Source: Nostoc sp. (lineage in GTDB: Bacteria; Cyanobacteriota; Cyanobacteriia; Cyanobacteriales; Nostocaceae). From it: a stretch of 64,000 bases of DNA. Numbering within the stretch: the stretch's first letter is position 1; each line of letters begins with the position of its first letter. Location: positions 32,001-96,000 of the forward strand of contig JBALDB010000002.1 in NCBI GenBank assembly GCA_036918135.1, given 5' to 3'. Made by a program: the position numbers and the translations under genes. Under the pieces are notes generated by a model. It was not told where the DNA came from. It worked only from the letters and a program-made list of their open reading frames with translations, and did no database searches. Below, piece by piece: positions 11,750-17,829 of the stretch.

Positions 11750-11783
11750 GAAGTAAAAGACAAGCTTCGCAAGGGTCAAAGTC

Positions 11784-11975
11784 ATGTTCTACATACAACT
11801 TAAGGACAGGCGTTGGAATCAACCAAAGTCCTCAAACAACAAACCTGCTGCTTCCAAACCATCGGAAGTAGAGGCAACAAACGAAAGAAGTTCTAACTTT
11901 GCACTCATTAAAACTACGGAATACATCAGGAATATACAACAGGTTTATTACTTAGAATTTCCGTTGTTTTTCTAA
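11784..11975 (+). CDS. Possible 63-aa leader ORF of the tRNA operon
   Basis: ATG just downstream of the promoter with AAGGG upstream; no recognisable family. Confidence 0.35.
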   Translation: MFYIQLKDRRWNQPKSSNNKPAASKPSEVEATNERSSNFALIKTTEYIRNIQQVYYLEFPLFF

Positions 11976-12005
11976 CAGTTTGTAATACAAAAAACTAATT
12001 CTTCT

Positions 12006-12017
12006 GAACCTTGAAAA
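12006..12017 (+). promoter_or_regulatory. rrn-type boxA antitermination signal
   Basis: GAACCTTGAAAA(CTGAATA), matching the cyanobacterial rRNA ITS boxA, ~80 nt before the first tRNA. Confidence 0.7.
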
Positions 12018-12094
12018 CTGAATAAGAAATGGGCAAGTTCACCAACAAAACATCTGTCTAAAAACCTAAAATTTAGGCACAGATTCCTAAAAAT

Positions 12095-12168
12095 CGGGGT
12101 GTAGCTCAATTGGCTAGAGCGTTCCGTTGTCTGCGGAAATGTTGCGGGTTCAAATCCCGTCACCCTGG
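12095..12168 (+). tRNA. trnD: tRNA-Asp(GTC)
   Basis: Cloverleaf; anticodon arm TTCCG-TT GTC TG-CGGAA. Confidence 0.85.
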
Positions 12169-12172
12169 TTGA

Positions 12173-12249
12173 AGTCCCGTAGGCGAATAGTTGAAGCCGT
12201 CAGTTTCTCAAGCTGAAGATTGCGAGTGCGAATCTCGTCGGGACTCCCA
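12173..12249 (+). tRNA. trnE: tRNA-Glu(CTC), non-canonical T-loop, CCA encoded
   Basis: TCAGT-TT CTC AA-GCTGA; T-loop TGCGAAT. Confidence 0.8.
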
Positions 12250-12252
12250 AAT

Positions 12253-12325
12253 GGCTGAGTAGCCAAGTGGTTGAAGGCATTGGTCTGCAAAACCGACATC
12301 GTGAGTTCAAATCTCACCTCAGCCT
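12253..12325 (+). tRNA. trnC: tRNA-Cys(GCA)
   Basis: GGCTGAG/CTCAGCC stem, CT GCA AA loop, U73. Confidence 0.9.
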
Positions 12326-12332
12326 CTGGTGC

Positions 12333-12406
12333 CGCAGTGTAGCTTAACGTAAAGCCCCTGGCTCATAACCGGGTTGATGCGGGTTCAAGTCCCGCCACTG
12401 CTACCA
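12333..12406 (+). tRNA. trnM: tRNA-Met(CAT), initiator-like 1:72 mismatch, CCA encoded
   Basis: CGCAGTG/CACTGCT; CCTGG-CT CAT AA-CCGGG. Confidence 0.82.
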
Positions 12407-12408
12407 AT

Positions 12409-12480
12409 GCAGGGATGGTGTAACGGCAACACCTCGTGACTCCAAATCCGATGTTCTGGGTTCAAATCCTAGTCCCTGCG
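12409..12480 (+). tRNA. trnW: tRNA-Trp(CCA) with a 1-nt bulge in the anticodon stem
   Basis: GCAGGGA/TCCCTGC, G73; TCG(T)GA-CT CCA AA-TCCGA. Confidence 0.7.
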
Positions 12481-12488
12481 TCAATCAT

Positions 12489-12561
12489 GCCCCTGTGGAC
12501 GAATGGTTAAGTCGCTGTTCTTTCAAACCAGAGATTGCGGGTTCAAATCCCGTCAGGGGAA
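12489..12561 (+). tRNA. trnE: tRNA-Glu(TTC), with mismatches
   Basis: CTGTT-CT TTC AA-ACCAG (one mismatch); G1-A72 mismatch. Confidence 0.75.
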
Positions 12562-12569
12562 TCATTAAT

Positions 12570-12652
12570 GGGTCGATGGCCGAGTCTGGTTGAAGGCGAC
12601 AGTCTGTAAAACTGTTCTATTTTGCACGCAGGTTCAAATCCTGCTCGACCCA
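12570..12652 (+). tRNA. trnY: tRNA-Tyr(GTA)
   Basis: GGGTCGA/TCGACCC; ACAGT-CT GTA AA-ACTGT; extended variable region. Confidence 0.9.
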
Positions 12653-12656
12653 CTGT

Positions 12657-12746
12657 GGAGAGGTGGCTGAGTGGCTCAAAGCGTCCTCCTGCTAAGAGGA
12701 AGCGGATAGTTAATATTCGTCGCAGGTTCAAATCCTGTCCTCTCCG
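12657..12746 (+). tRNA. trnS: tRNA-Ser(GCT), array copy
   Basis: GGAGAGG/CCTCTCC; TCCTC-CT GCT AA-GAGGA; long V-arm; G73. Confidence 0.9.
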
Positions 12747-12750
12747 CCTT

Positions 12751-12825
12751 GAGAGTGTGGTGTAACTGGATAACATCTCAGTCTACGAAACTGAAGACAT
12801 GAGGGTTCAAATCCCTCCACTCTCG
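12751..12825 (+). tRNA. trnR: tRNA-Arg(ACG)
   Basis: GAGAGTG/CACTCTC; TCAGT-CT ACG AA-ACTGA. Confidence 0.9.
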
Positions 12826-12832
12826 TTACATG

Positions 12833-12900
12833 GGAGAGATGAAGGAGTGGCTGATTCGAGTTGAATTAAACCAGTCCACTGGGTAAAACCCATCTCTCCT
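12833..12900 (+). ncRNA. tRNA-like element or highly divergent tRNA-Ser remnant
   Basis: Perfect GGAGAGA(TG)/(CA)TCTCTCC acceptor-type stem and a TGGG-TAAAA-CCCA hairpin, but no canonical anticodon arm or T-loop. Confidence 0.55.
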
Positions 12901-12906
12901 CTTTAT

Positions 12907-12981
12907 CTCCCGGTAGCTCAGTTGGTAGTTAGCGCCTGTCTGAAGAACAGGAGGTCGTCGGTTCGATTCCGACCTGGGGGG
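12907..12981 (+). tRNA. trnF: tRNA-Phe(GAA)
   Basis: CCTGT-CT GAA GA-ACAGG; GU-rich acceptor stem. Confidence 0.82.
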
Positions 12982-12987
12982 CTTCGT

Positions 12988-13062
<75 letters not shown>

Positions 13063-13109
13063 TCTATCATAATTCGTGAATTACGAATTACGAACTACGA
13101 ATTATTTAA

Positions 13110-13182
13110 TGCCGGGTGGACGAATTGGTAAGTCGCATCGCTCTGAACGATGAGGTTGCAGGTTCAAACCCTGCCCTGGCAA
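13110..13182 (+). tRNA. trnQ: tRNA-Gln(CTG)
   Basis: TGCCGGG/CCTGGCA; CATCG-CT CTG AA-CGATG. Confidence 0.87.
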
Positions 13183-13185
13183 TAA

Positions 13186-13261
13186 AGCCCTGTGGTGTAA
13201 TTGGCAACATAGCGCCCTTTGAAGGCGAAGATTCCAGGTTCGAGTCCTGGTGGGGCTGCCA
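13186..13261 (+). tRNA. trnQ: tRNA-Gln(TTG), CCA encoded
   Basis: AGCCCTG/TGGGGCT; CT TTG AA loop. Confidence 0.87.
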
Positions 13262-13267
13262 AACTTT

Positions 13268-13412
13268 GCTCTTGTAGCCCAACTGGAAGAGGCTGCCGTC
13301 TCAAAAACGGTAAATTGTGGGTACCCTTCTCTTCGAGACGCTACGCGAACGGGAAGCCGCTTCTCTACGAGACGCTTCGCGAACGCGTCTACGATTCCCA
13401 CCAAGAGTACCA
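13268..13412 (+). pseudogene. trnL: tRNA-Leu(CAA) interrupted in the T-loop by a 69-nt nested repeat insert
   Basis: GCTCTTG/CAAGAGT-A-CCA; GCCGT-CT CAA AA-ACGGT; T-stem GTGGG/CCCAC split by the insert at 13323-13391. Confidence 0.85.
13323..13391 (+). mobile_element. SDR-like 27-nt element carrying two nested 21-nt elements
   Basis: ACCCTTC[TCTTCGAGACGCTACGCGAAC]GGGAAGCCGCTTC[TCTACGAGACGCTTCGCGAAC]GCGTCTA. Confidence 0.85.
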
Positions 13413-13418
13413 AAATTT

Positions 13419-13493
13419 GCTCCTGTAGCCCAATTGGAAGAGGTGGCAGACTTAAAATCTGTTTTGCTGTGGGTTCGACTCCCACCAAAAGTA
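13419..13493 (+). tRNA. trnL: tRNA-Leu(TAA), intron-less, two acceptor mismatches (possibly decaying)
   Basis: GCTCCTG/CAAAAGT; GCAGA-CT TAA AA-TCTGT. Confidence 0.7.
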
Positions 13494-13497
13494 CTAA

Positions 13498-13611
13498 CGT
13501 GGTGTAGCGCAGCTTGGTAGCGCGTCTACTTTGGGAGCAGGATGTCGCAGGTACCCTTCTCTTCGAGACGCTACGCGAACGGGAAGCAAGCTACAAATCC
13601 TGTCACCCCGA
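13498..13611 (+). pseudogene. trnP: tRNA-Pro(TGG) interrupted in the T-loop by a 41-nt nested insert
   Basis: CGTGGTG/CACCCCG; TT TGG GA loop; insert at 13553-13593; additional stem mismatches. Confidence 0.85.
13553..13593 (+). mobile_element. SDR-like 20-nt element with one nested 21-nt element
   Basis: ACCCTTC[TCTTCGAGACGCTACGCGAAC]GGGAAGCAAGCTA. Confidence 0.85.
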
Positions 13612-13614
13612 TAT

Positions 13615-13689
13615 GCCCCTGTGACGGAACTGGCATACGTACTGGAATCAGAGTCCAAATTTTGCTTCTTTCAAATCCTGTCATGGGTA
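13615..13689 (+). pseudogene. trnL: tRNA-Leu(CAG) with a broken T-stem
   Basis: AT CAG AG loop; 5' T-stem reads GCTTCT and cannot pair with CCTGT. Confidence 0.7.
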
Positions 13690-13693
13690 CTAA

Positions 13694-13797
13694 GCTCTCG
13701 TGGTGGAACGGAAGACGCACGCTTACTGAGGATGTAGTTTTTTGCAGATACCCTTCGGGAAGCCGCTTTGCGTCTACAAATCCTGTCGAGAGTACCA
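13694..13797 (+). pseudogene. trnL: tRNA-Leu(GAG) interrupted in the T-loop by a 27-nt insert; anticodon stem degenerate
   Basis: GCTCTCG/CGAGAGT-A-CCA; CT GAG GA loop; insert at 13750-13776. Confidence 0.8.
13750..13776 (+). mobile_element. SDR-like 27-nt element (un-nested form)
   Basis: ACCCTTCGGGAAGCCGCTTTGCGTCTA. Confidence 0.85.
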
Positions 13798-13803
13798 ATA
13801 TAT

Positions 13804-13876
13804 CTGGGTGTGGCGCAGTTGGGAGCGCGGGAGTTTTGGGAACTCCAGGTCGCAGGTTCAATCCCTGCCACTCAGA
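13804..13876 (+). tRNA. trnP: tRNA-Pro(TGG), second copy, intact
   Basis: CTGGGTG/CACTCAG; GGAGT-TT TGG GA-ACTCC. Confidence 0.87.
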
Positions 13877-13880
13877 CTTT

Positions 13881-13953
13881 GCCCTTGTAGCCCAACGGAA
13901 GAGGCGCTTCGCTTAGAACGAAGAGGTTGCTGGTTCAAATCCAGTCAGGGGTA
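13881..13953 (+). tRNA. trnL: tRNA-Leu(TAG), short variable loop
   Basis: GCCCTTG/CAGGGGT; CTTCG-CT TAG AA-CGAAG; V-loop AGGTT. Confidence 0.87.
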
Positions 13954-13963
13954 TTGGTGAATA

Positions 13964-14040
13964 TGCGGGGATAGAGCAACGGTGGCTCATCAGGCTCATA
14001 ACCTGAACATCGGCAGGTTCGACTCCTGCCCCCGTCACCA
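13964..14040 (+). tRNA. trnM: tRNA-Met(CAT), fMet-like, CCA encoded
   Basis: TGCGGGG/CCCCGTC with a 1:72 mismatch; TCAGG-CT CAT AA-CCTGA. Confidence 0.8.
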
Positions 14041-14204
14041 AATTTTAGATTTTAAATTTTGAATTGTTGATTCAAAACTGAAAATCTAGAAAGGTGTGAG
14101 AACAAGCTTACTTTATTTGTACAACAAATGCTTTCATCTTAAATCTACAATTCTTTACTCAAACTCATATCTGAAGCTATGGTGTCAATCTAAAATCCAA
14201 AATT
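14041..14204. repeat. Spacer insert bounded by inverted heptamer (TTTTAGA / TCTAAAA) repeats
   Basis: AATTTTAGATTTTAAATTTTGAATTG ... CAATCTAAAATCCAAAATT. Confidence 0.6.
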
Positions 14205-14214
14205 CAGAAATAGT

Positions 14215-14287
14215 GCTGGTGTAGCTCAATTGGCAGAGCAACTGACTTGTAATCAGTAGGTTGCAGGTTCAATTCCTGTTACCAGCT
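14215..14287 (+). tRNA. trnT: tRNA-Thr(TGT)
   Basis: GCTGGTG/TACCAGC; ACTGA-CT TGT AA-TCAGT. Confidence 0.92.
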
Positions 14288-14291
14288 TGAT

Positions 14292-14362
14292 GCGGGTGTG
14301 ATGTAACGGCAGCATGAGACGTTTCCACCGTCTTCGTGCGAGTTCAAATCTCGCCGTCCGCT
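14292..14362 (+). tRNA. trnG: tRNA-Gly(TCC)
   Basis: GCGGGTG/CGTCCGC, U73; AGACG-TT TCC AC-CGTCT. Confidence 0.87.
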
Positions 14363-14371
14363 CTGAAACTT

Positions 14372-14443
14372 GCGGGTGTGATGTAATCGGTAGCATCTGA
14401 GTACGCCATACTCAGTGCGTGGGTTCAAGTCCCTCCACTCGCT
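14372..14443 (+). tRNA. trnG: tRNA-Gly(GCC), C at position 33
   Basis: TGAGT-AC GCC AT-ACTCA; one T-stem mismatch. Confidence 0.78.
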
Positions 14444-14448
14444 TGCGT

Positions 14449-14524
14449 AGTCCTGTAACTCAATTGGTAGAGTGTCTTCCTTACAAGAAGAATGTCGCGG
14501 GTTCAATTCCTGCCAGGACTACCA
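14449..14524 (+). tRNA. trnV: tRNA-Val(TAC), CCA encoded
   Basis: AGTCCTG/CAGGACT; TCTTC-CT TAC AA-GAAGA. Confidence 0.92.
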
Positions 14525-14530
14525 AATATT

Positions 14531-14604
14531 GGGAGTGTAGCTCAATGGAATAGAGCTTCGAGCTTCTACCTCGAAAGTTGTGGGTTCGAGTCCTACCACT
14601 CCCG
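14531..14604 (+). tRNA. trnR: tRNA-Arg(TCT)
   Basis: GGGAGTG/CACTCCC; TCGAG-CT TCT AC-CTCGA. Confidence 0.9.
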
Positions 14605-14686
14605 CTTGAATAAGTAAAAAGTAAAAAAAGAGAAATAATTAAATTCTTCATTTGACTTTTGACTTTTAACTTTTGACTTGTTAAAT

Positions 14687-14760
14687 GGGGTCATAGCTCA
14701 GTTGGCTAGAGCGCCTGCCTTGCAAGCAGGAGGTCATGGGTTCAAGTCCCATTGATTCCA
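14687..14760 (+). tRNA. trnA: tRNA-Ala(TGC)
   Basis: G3:U70 pair; CCTGC-CT TGC AA-GCAGG. Confidence 0.92.
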
Positions 14761-14765
14761 CTGAT

Positions 14766-14840
14766 GGTGTCTGAAGCCAAAGTGGTCGAGGCACTGGTTT
14801 GTGGAACCAGTCACAGCGGGTTCGAGTCCCGTCAGACGCC
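14766..14840 (+). tRNA. trnH: tRNA-His(GTG)
   Basis: G-1:C73; CTGGT-TT GTG GA-ACCAG; A at position 8. Confidence 0.88.
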
Positions 14841-14847
14841 CCTGAAT

Positions 14848-14930
14848 GGAAGATGCCGCTGAATGGACGGCAACTGGTCTTGAAAACCAGGGTATGGGCA
14901 ACTGTAGGGGTTCGATTCCTCCATCTTCCA
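14848..14930 (+). tRNA. trnS: tRNA-Ser(TGA) with an 8/4 acceptor/T-stem fold
   Basis: GGAAGATG/CATCTTCC (8 bp); GGGG-TTCGATT-CCTC (4 bp); CTGGT-CT TGA AA-ACCAG; V-arm TATGG-GCAA-CTGTA. Confidence 0.8.
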
Positions 14931-14935
14931 TTTAT

Positions 14936-15007
14936 CCACCTGAAGCCGAAAAGTGAGGCGCTGTGCTGATAACACAGAAATAGGAGGGGCAGTACCTCCC
15001 TGGTGGA
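14936..15007 (+). tRNA. trnI: tRNA-Ile(GAT), non-canonical D and T loops
   Basis: CTGTG-CT GAT AA-CACAG; T-arm GGAGG-GGCAGTA-CCTCC; D-loop lacks GG. Confidence 0.72.
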
Positions 15008-15084
15008 TTTATATTCAGCGTTAGTGTTACAAGATTTGCGCTGTAACACGATCGCACTTGCTCATTTTTTATTCAAATTAACTA

Positions 15085-15155
15085 GGGTGGTTGGCATATC
15101 GGCTGTGCAGCGGGCTTTTAACCCGCAGAAATAGGTTCGACCCCTATACCACCCA
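15085..15155 (+). tRNA. trnK: tRNA-Lys(TTT)
   Basis: GGGTGGT/ACCACCC; GCGGG-CT TTT AA-CCCGC. Confidence 0.88.
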
Positions 15156-15156
15156 T

Positions 15157-16245
15157 CTATAAATAGGAACTCGCGATCGCCAATTGAGCGTGTTGCAATA
15201 ATATATCTTCATCCAAAGCCTGAATAGAATATTGCGGTGTTATTGCCAGTAGTTTCTCAATTCTTTCTCTCGCTGCTTCCACAACGGATTCATCTAAACT
15301 ACCGTTGCTCAGAGAATTGATAAAATCTTCAGCAATCTGATAAGTTCTTTCTATAGATGATGAATTAATATTACGCGAAACAATAAATAAATCGCAGCCT
15401 GCATTAAACGATCGCTCTACAGTACCAGCTTGAGTAAACATATCTGAAATCGCTTTCATATCCAAGTCATCGGAAACAACAACTCCTTCAAAGCCAAGTT
15501 CTTTCCTAAGTATGTTTTTGAGAATAGCCTGAGAAAGGGTTGCTGGTACATCAGCATCTATCTTGGGAAATAAGATATGGACAGTCATAACTAGAGGAAT
15601 CTGTGCTTCGATCAGGCTTTTGAAAGGTATCAGTTCTCGAAGTCGCAGCTCTTCTAAGGTTAAATTGAGTATTGGTAGCTCGATGTGAGAATCTTGGCTA
15701 GTGTCTCCATGTCCGGGGAAATGTTTGGCGCATCCGATAATTCCTGAATCTCGAAGTCCAAGGTAGTAGTCACACGCACCTTGAGCAGCAGTTTCGGGAG
15801 TGCTACCAAAGGCGCGAGGCCCAATTACAGGATTATTAGGATGAGAAAAAATATCTGCTACGGGTGCCCAAGATAAATTGATTCCCAGTGATTTGAGTTC
15901 GACCGCTGTGGCTTTTGCTACCTCGTAGGCGTGCGATCGCAGCAACAACGCATAAGGAAATCGTGTAATCGGTAGCGGTGGACGAACAACACGACCTCCT
16001 TCGTGATCCAAAGTCACAAACATTGAATCACGTTCAGCATATTGTCTTATTTGGTTGTTTAGCTCCTTGAACTTTTCTAGCCAAACCTCATAGGGAGTGC
16101 CATCTAGAAAATTTTTAGCAAAAAATATCACCCCAATCGGCTTTAATTCACTGAGTGTGCGTTTATCTTCCTCACAAAGCGTATTACTTGAAATACCTAC
16201 AATCAGGTGATGTCCAAAGCGATTTAGCTCTTGCGATCGTGCCAT
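15157..16245 (-). CDS. nagZ: Beta-N-acetylhexosaminidase (GH3)
   Basis: DHEGGRVVR, KHFPGHGDTSQDSH, VSDDLDMKA. Confidence 0.9.
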   Translation of the reverse strand: MARSQELNRFGHHLIVGISSNTLCEEDKRTLSELKPIGVIFFAKNFLDGTPYEVWLEKFKELNNQIRQYAERDSMFVTLDHEGGRVVRPPLPITRFPYALLLRSHAYEVAKATAVELKSLGINLSWAPVADIFSHPNNPVIGPRAFGSTPETAAQGACDYYLGLRDSGIIGCAKHFPGHGDTSQDSHIELPILNLTLEELRLRELIPFKSLIEAQIPLVMTVHILFPKIDADVPATLSQAILKNILRKELGFEGVVVSDDLDMKAISDMFTQAGTVERSFNAGCDLFIVSRNINSSSIERTYQIAEDFINSLSNGSLDESVVEAARERIEKLLAITPQYSIQALDEDILLQHAQLAIASSYL

Positions 16246-16460
16246 AATCCTCTACCTGTAGTTGTGTAGCAATACAACTGGGATGCTCAACTTAAAAAAC
16301 ATCAACTTAATCCTATACTTTTATCTGGAGTGAGGGAGCCAGCACTCTTACAGGGGGTCTGCCAACTTGTTCGCTCTTAGCGTTCCTGTAGGTAGCAACT
16401 GCACCAAGCCTGAGCGCAACAGGATTCTATCAGATTAAGTTTAGTAAGTTTTTTTACGCA

Positions 16461-16693
16461 TAAGACTTACGTAATAACTCTCTAAAACCCCTATTTCCAC
16501 CGAAGTTCAAATGCTTTTGGCAAGCCATCCTTCGGGCGTCTATAGCGGTTTGCCTTTGGCGCTCCCGTACCCCTACGGGGAAGCAAGCTACGCGTAGCGT
16601 TTTCGTCAGCAGAAGGGTAGCTGCCAATAGTGACTTGTGTACGTGTCCTCTGCACCTGTGTGGTTCGATTTTCTATTATCTATGCACAAGTTT
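16461..16693. repeat. Mosaic of MITE and SDR repeats
   Basis: Contains TACCCCTACGGGGAAGCAAGCTAC (16568-16591), a free relative of the tRNA-inserted element, and AAGCCATCCTTCGGGCGTCTA. Confidence 0.6.
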
Positions 16694-16881
16694 TGACGCA
16701 GTCAAATAGGAGTCGTATATTTTAAGTAGATTTCGTTATTGATTTTTAACATCTTAGATACAAATTACATGATATTACTTACGTAGTTCCATAACAGTTT
16801 TTTAGCAAAAGTATTTTTGCTTAGACCTAAAAGTCTCTTGCCAGAGGCATTACATCCTGCTGTTTTCATTTCAGAAGATTT

Positions 16882-17829
16882 ATGTCAAGAAGTTTCTTTA
16901 ATAACTGTCTGGATAGAATTATTTCCAAAATTTATAACATTTGTTATGAAAATTATAAAGGATTAACTAAAAATCCTAGTTGGCTTTTGATGCGTAAAAT
17001 TGCTAGATTTAAAACTGGGCGAGCTATAATGATTTATTTCTTAAAACGCTCAGATAAATTAAATTTTAATCAAAGCAATTCTTGTTTTCCAGATGTAGAT
17101 GTAGATGACGTTGTTAACCATCTCAAAACTGATGGTTTATATTTGGGAATTTGTCTACCTAAAGAGATTGTTCAAGAAATAGTCAAGTTTGCATATTCAA
17201 CAGTCTGTTATGGTAATAGAAAAACAGATATGGGTTTCTTTTATGATTACAAAGAACAAGCACAAACTAAGTCAGAACAAAAGTTTATCATTGGCAGTTA
17301 TTTTAATACGGCTTTGCTTTGCCCTGCGATAAAAAAACTGCAAAGCGATCCAAAATTATTGTCAATAGCTGCTGCATTTTTAGATACTCAACCAATACAT
17401 CAAGGGAATCTGATGTGGTGGAGTTTTGCAGGAAGCACAACATATCTTGAAAAAAGTCAAGCTGCTCAATTGTTTCACTACGATGTTGACGATTACCGTT
17501 TTGTGAAGTTTTTCTTCTATTTGACTGATGTAGACGACCGCAGTGGTCCTCATATTTGTGTTCGTGGTAGTCATAATAAAAAGAAATGGTCACACCTTTG
17601 GCTACGCAAACGAGAAACAGATGAAGATATCATCGATTATTATGGTTTTGAATCTTTAGTGAAAATTTCTGGCAAAGCTGGTTTTGGATTTGTAGAAGAT
17701 CCGCTTTGTTTCCATAAAGGAATTACTCCTACTGAGCAAGACCGTTTAATATTACAAATAGAATTTGCTAGAACTGACTATGGGATGCAGCACGATTTAC
17801 GAGCAGCTTCTCTACTGAAATGTATTTAG
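16882..17829 (+). CDS. PhyH-like Fe(II)/2-oxoglutarate dioxygenase-family protein
   Basis: HxD (FHYDVDD), YLTDVD..SGPH..V.GSH, distal FHKG and R; AT-rich. Confidence 0.75.
   Translation: MSRSFFNNCLDRIISKIYNICYENYKGLTKNPSWLLMRKIARFKTGRAIMIYFLKRSDKLNFNQSNSCFPDVDVDDVVNHLKTDGLYLGICLPKEIVQEIVKFAYSTVCYGNRKTDMGFFYDYKEQAQTKSEQKFIIGSYFNTALLCPAIKKLQSDPKLLSIAAAFLDTQPIHQGNLMWWSFAGSTTYLEKSQAAQLFHYDVDDYRFVKFFFYLTDVDDRSGPHICVRGSHNKKKWSHLWLRKRETDEDIIDYYGFESLVKISGKAGFGFVEDPLCFHKGITPTEQDRLILQIEFARTDYGMQHDLRAASLLKCI

Noticed and set aside
13323..13391. Group I intron in tRNA-Leu
   Set aside because: Far too short, located in the T-loop rather than the anticodon loop, and lacks catalytic core elements.
13323..13776. 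Repeated ~40-nt sequences with unique intervening DNA resembling a mini-CRISPR
   Set aside because: The intervening sequences are tRNA bodies, the spacing is irregular and no cas genes are present.
14848..14930. selC (tRNA-Sec)
   Set aside because: Anticodon is TGA (Ser), not TCA; no selA/selB/selD in the window.
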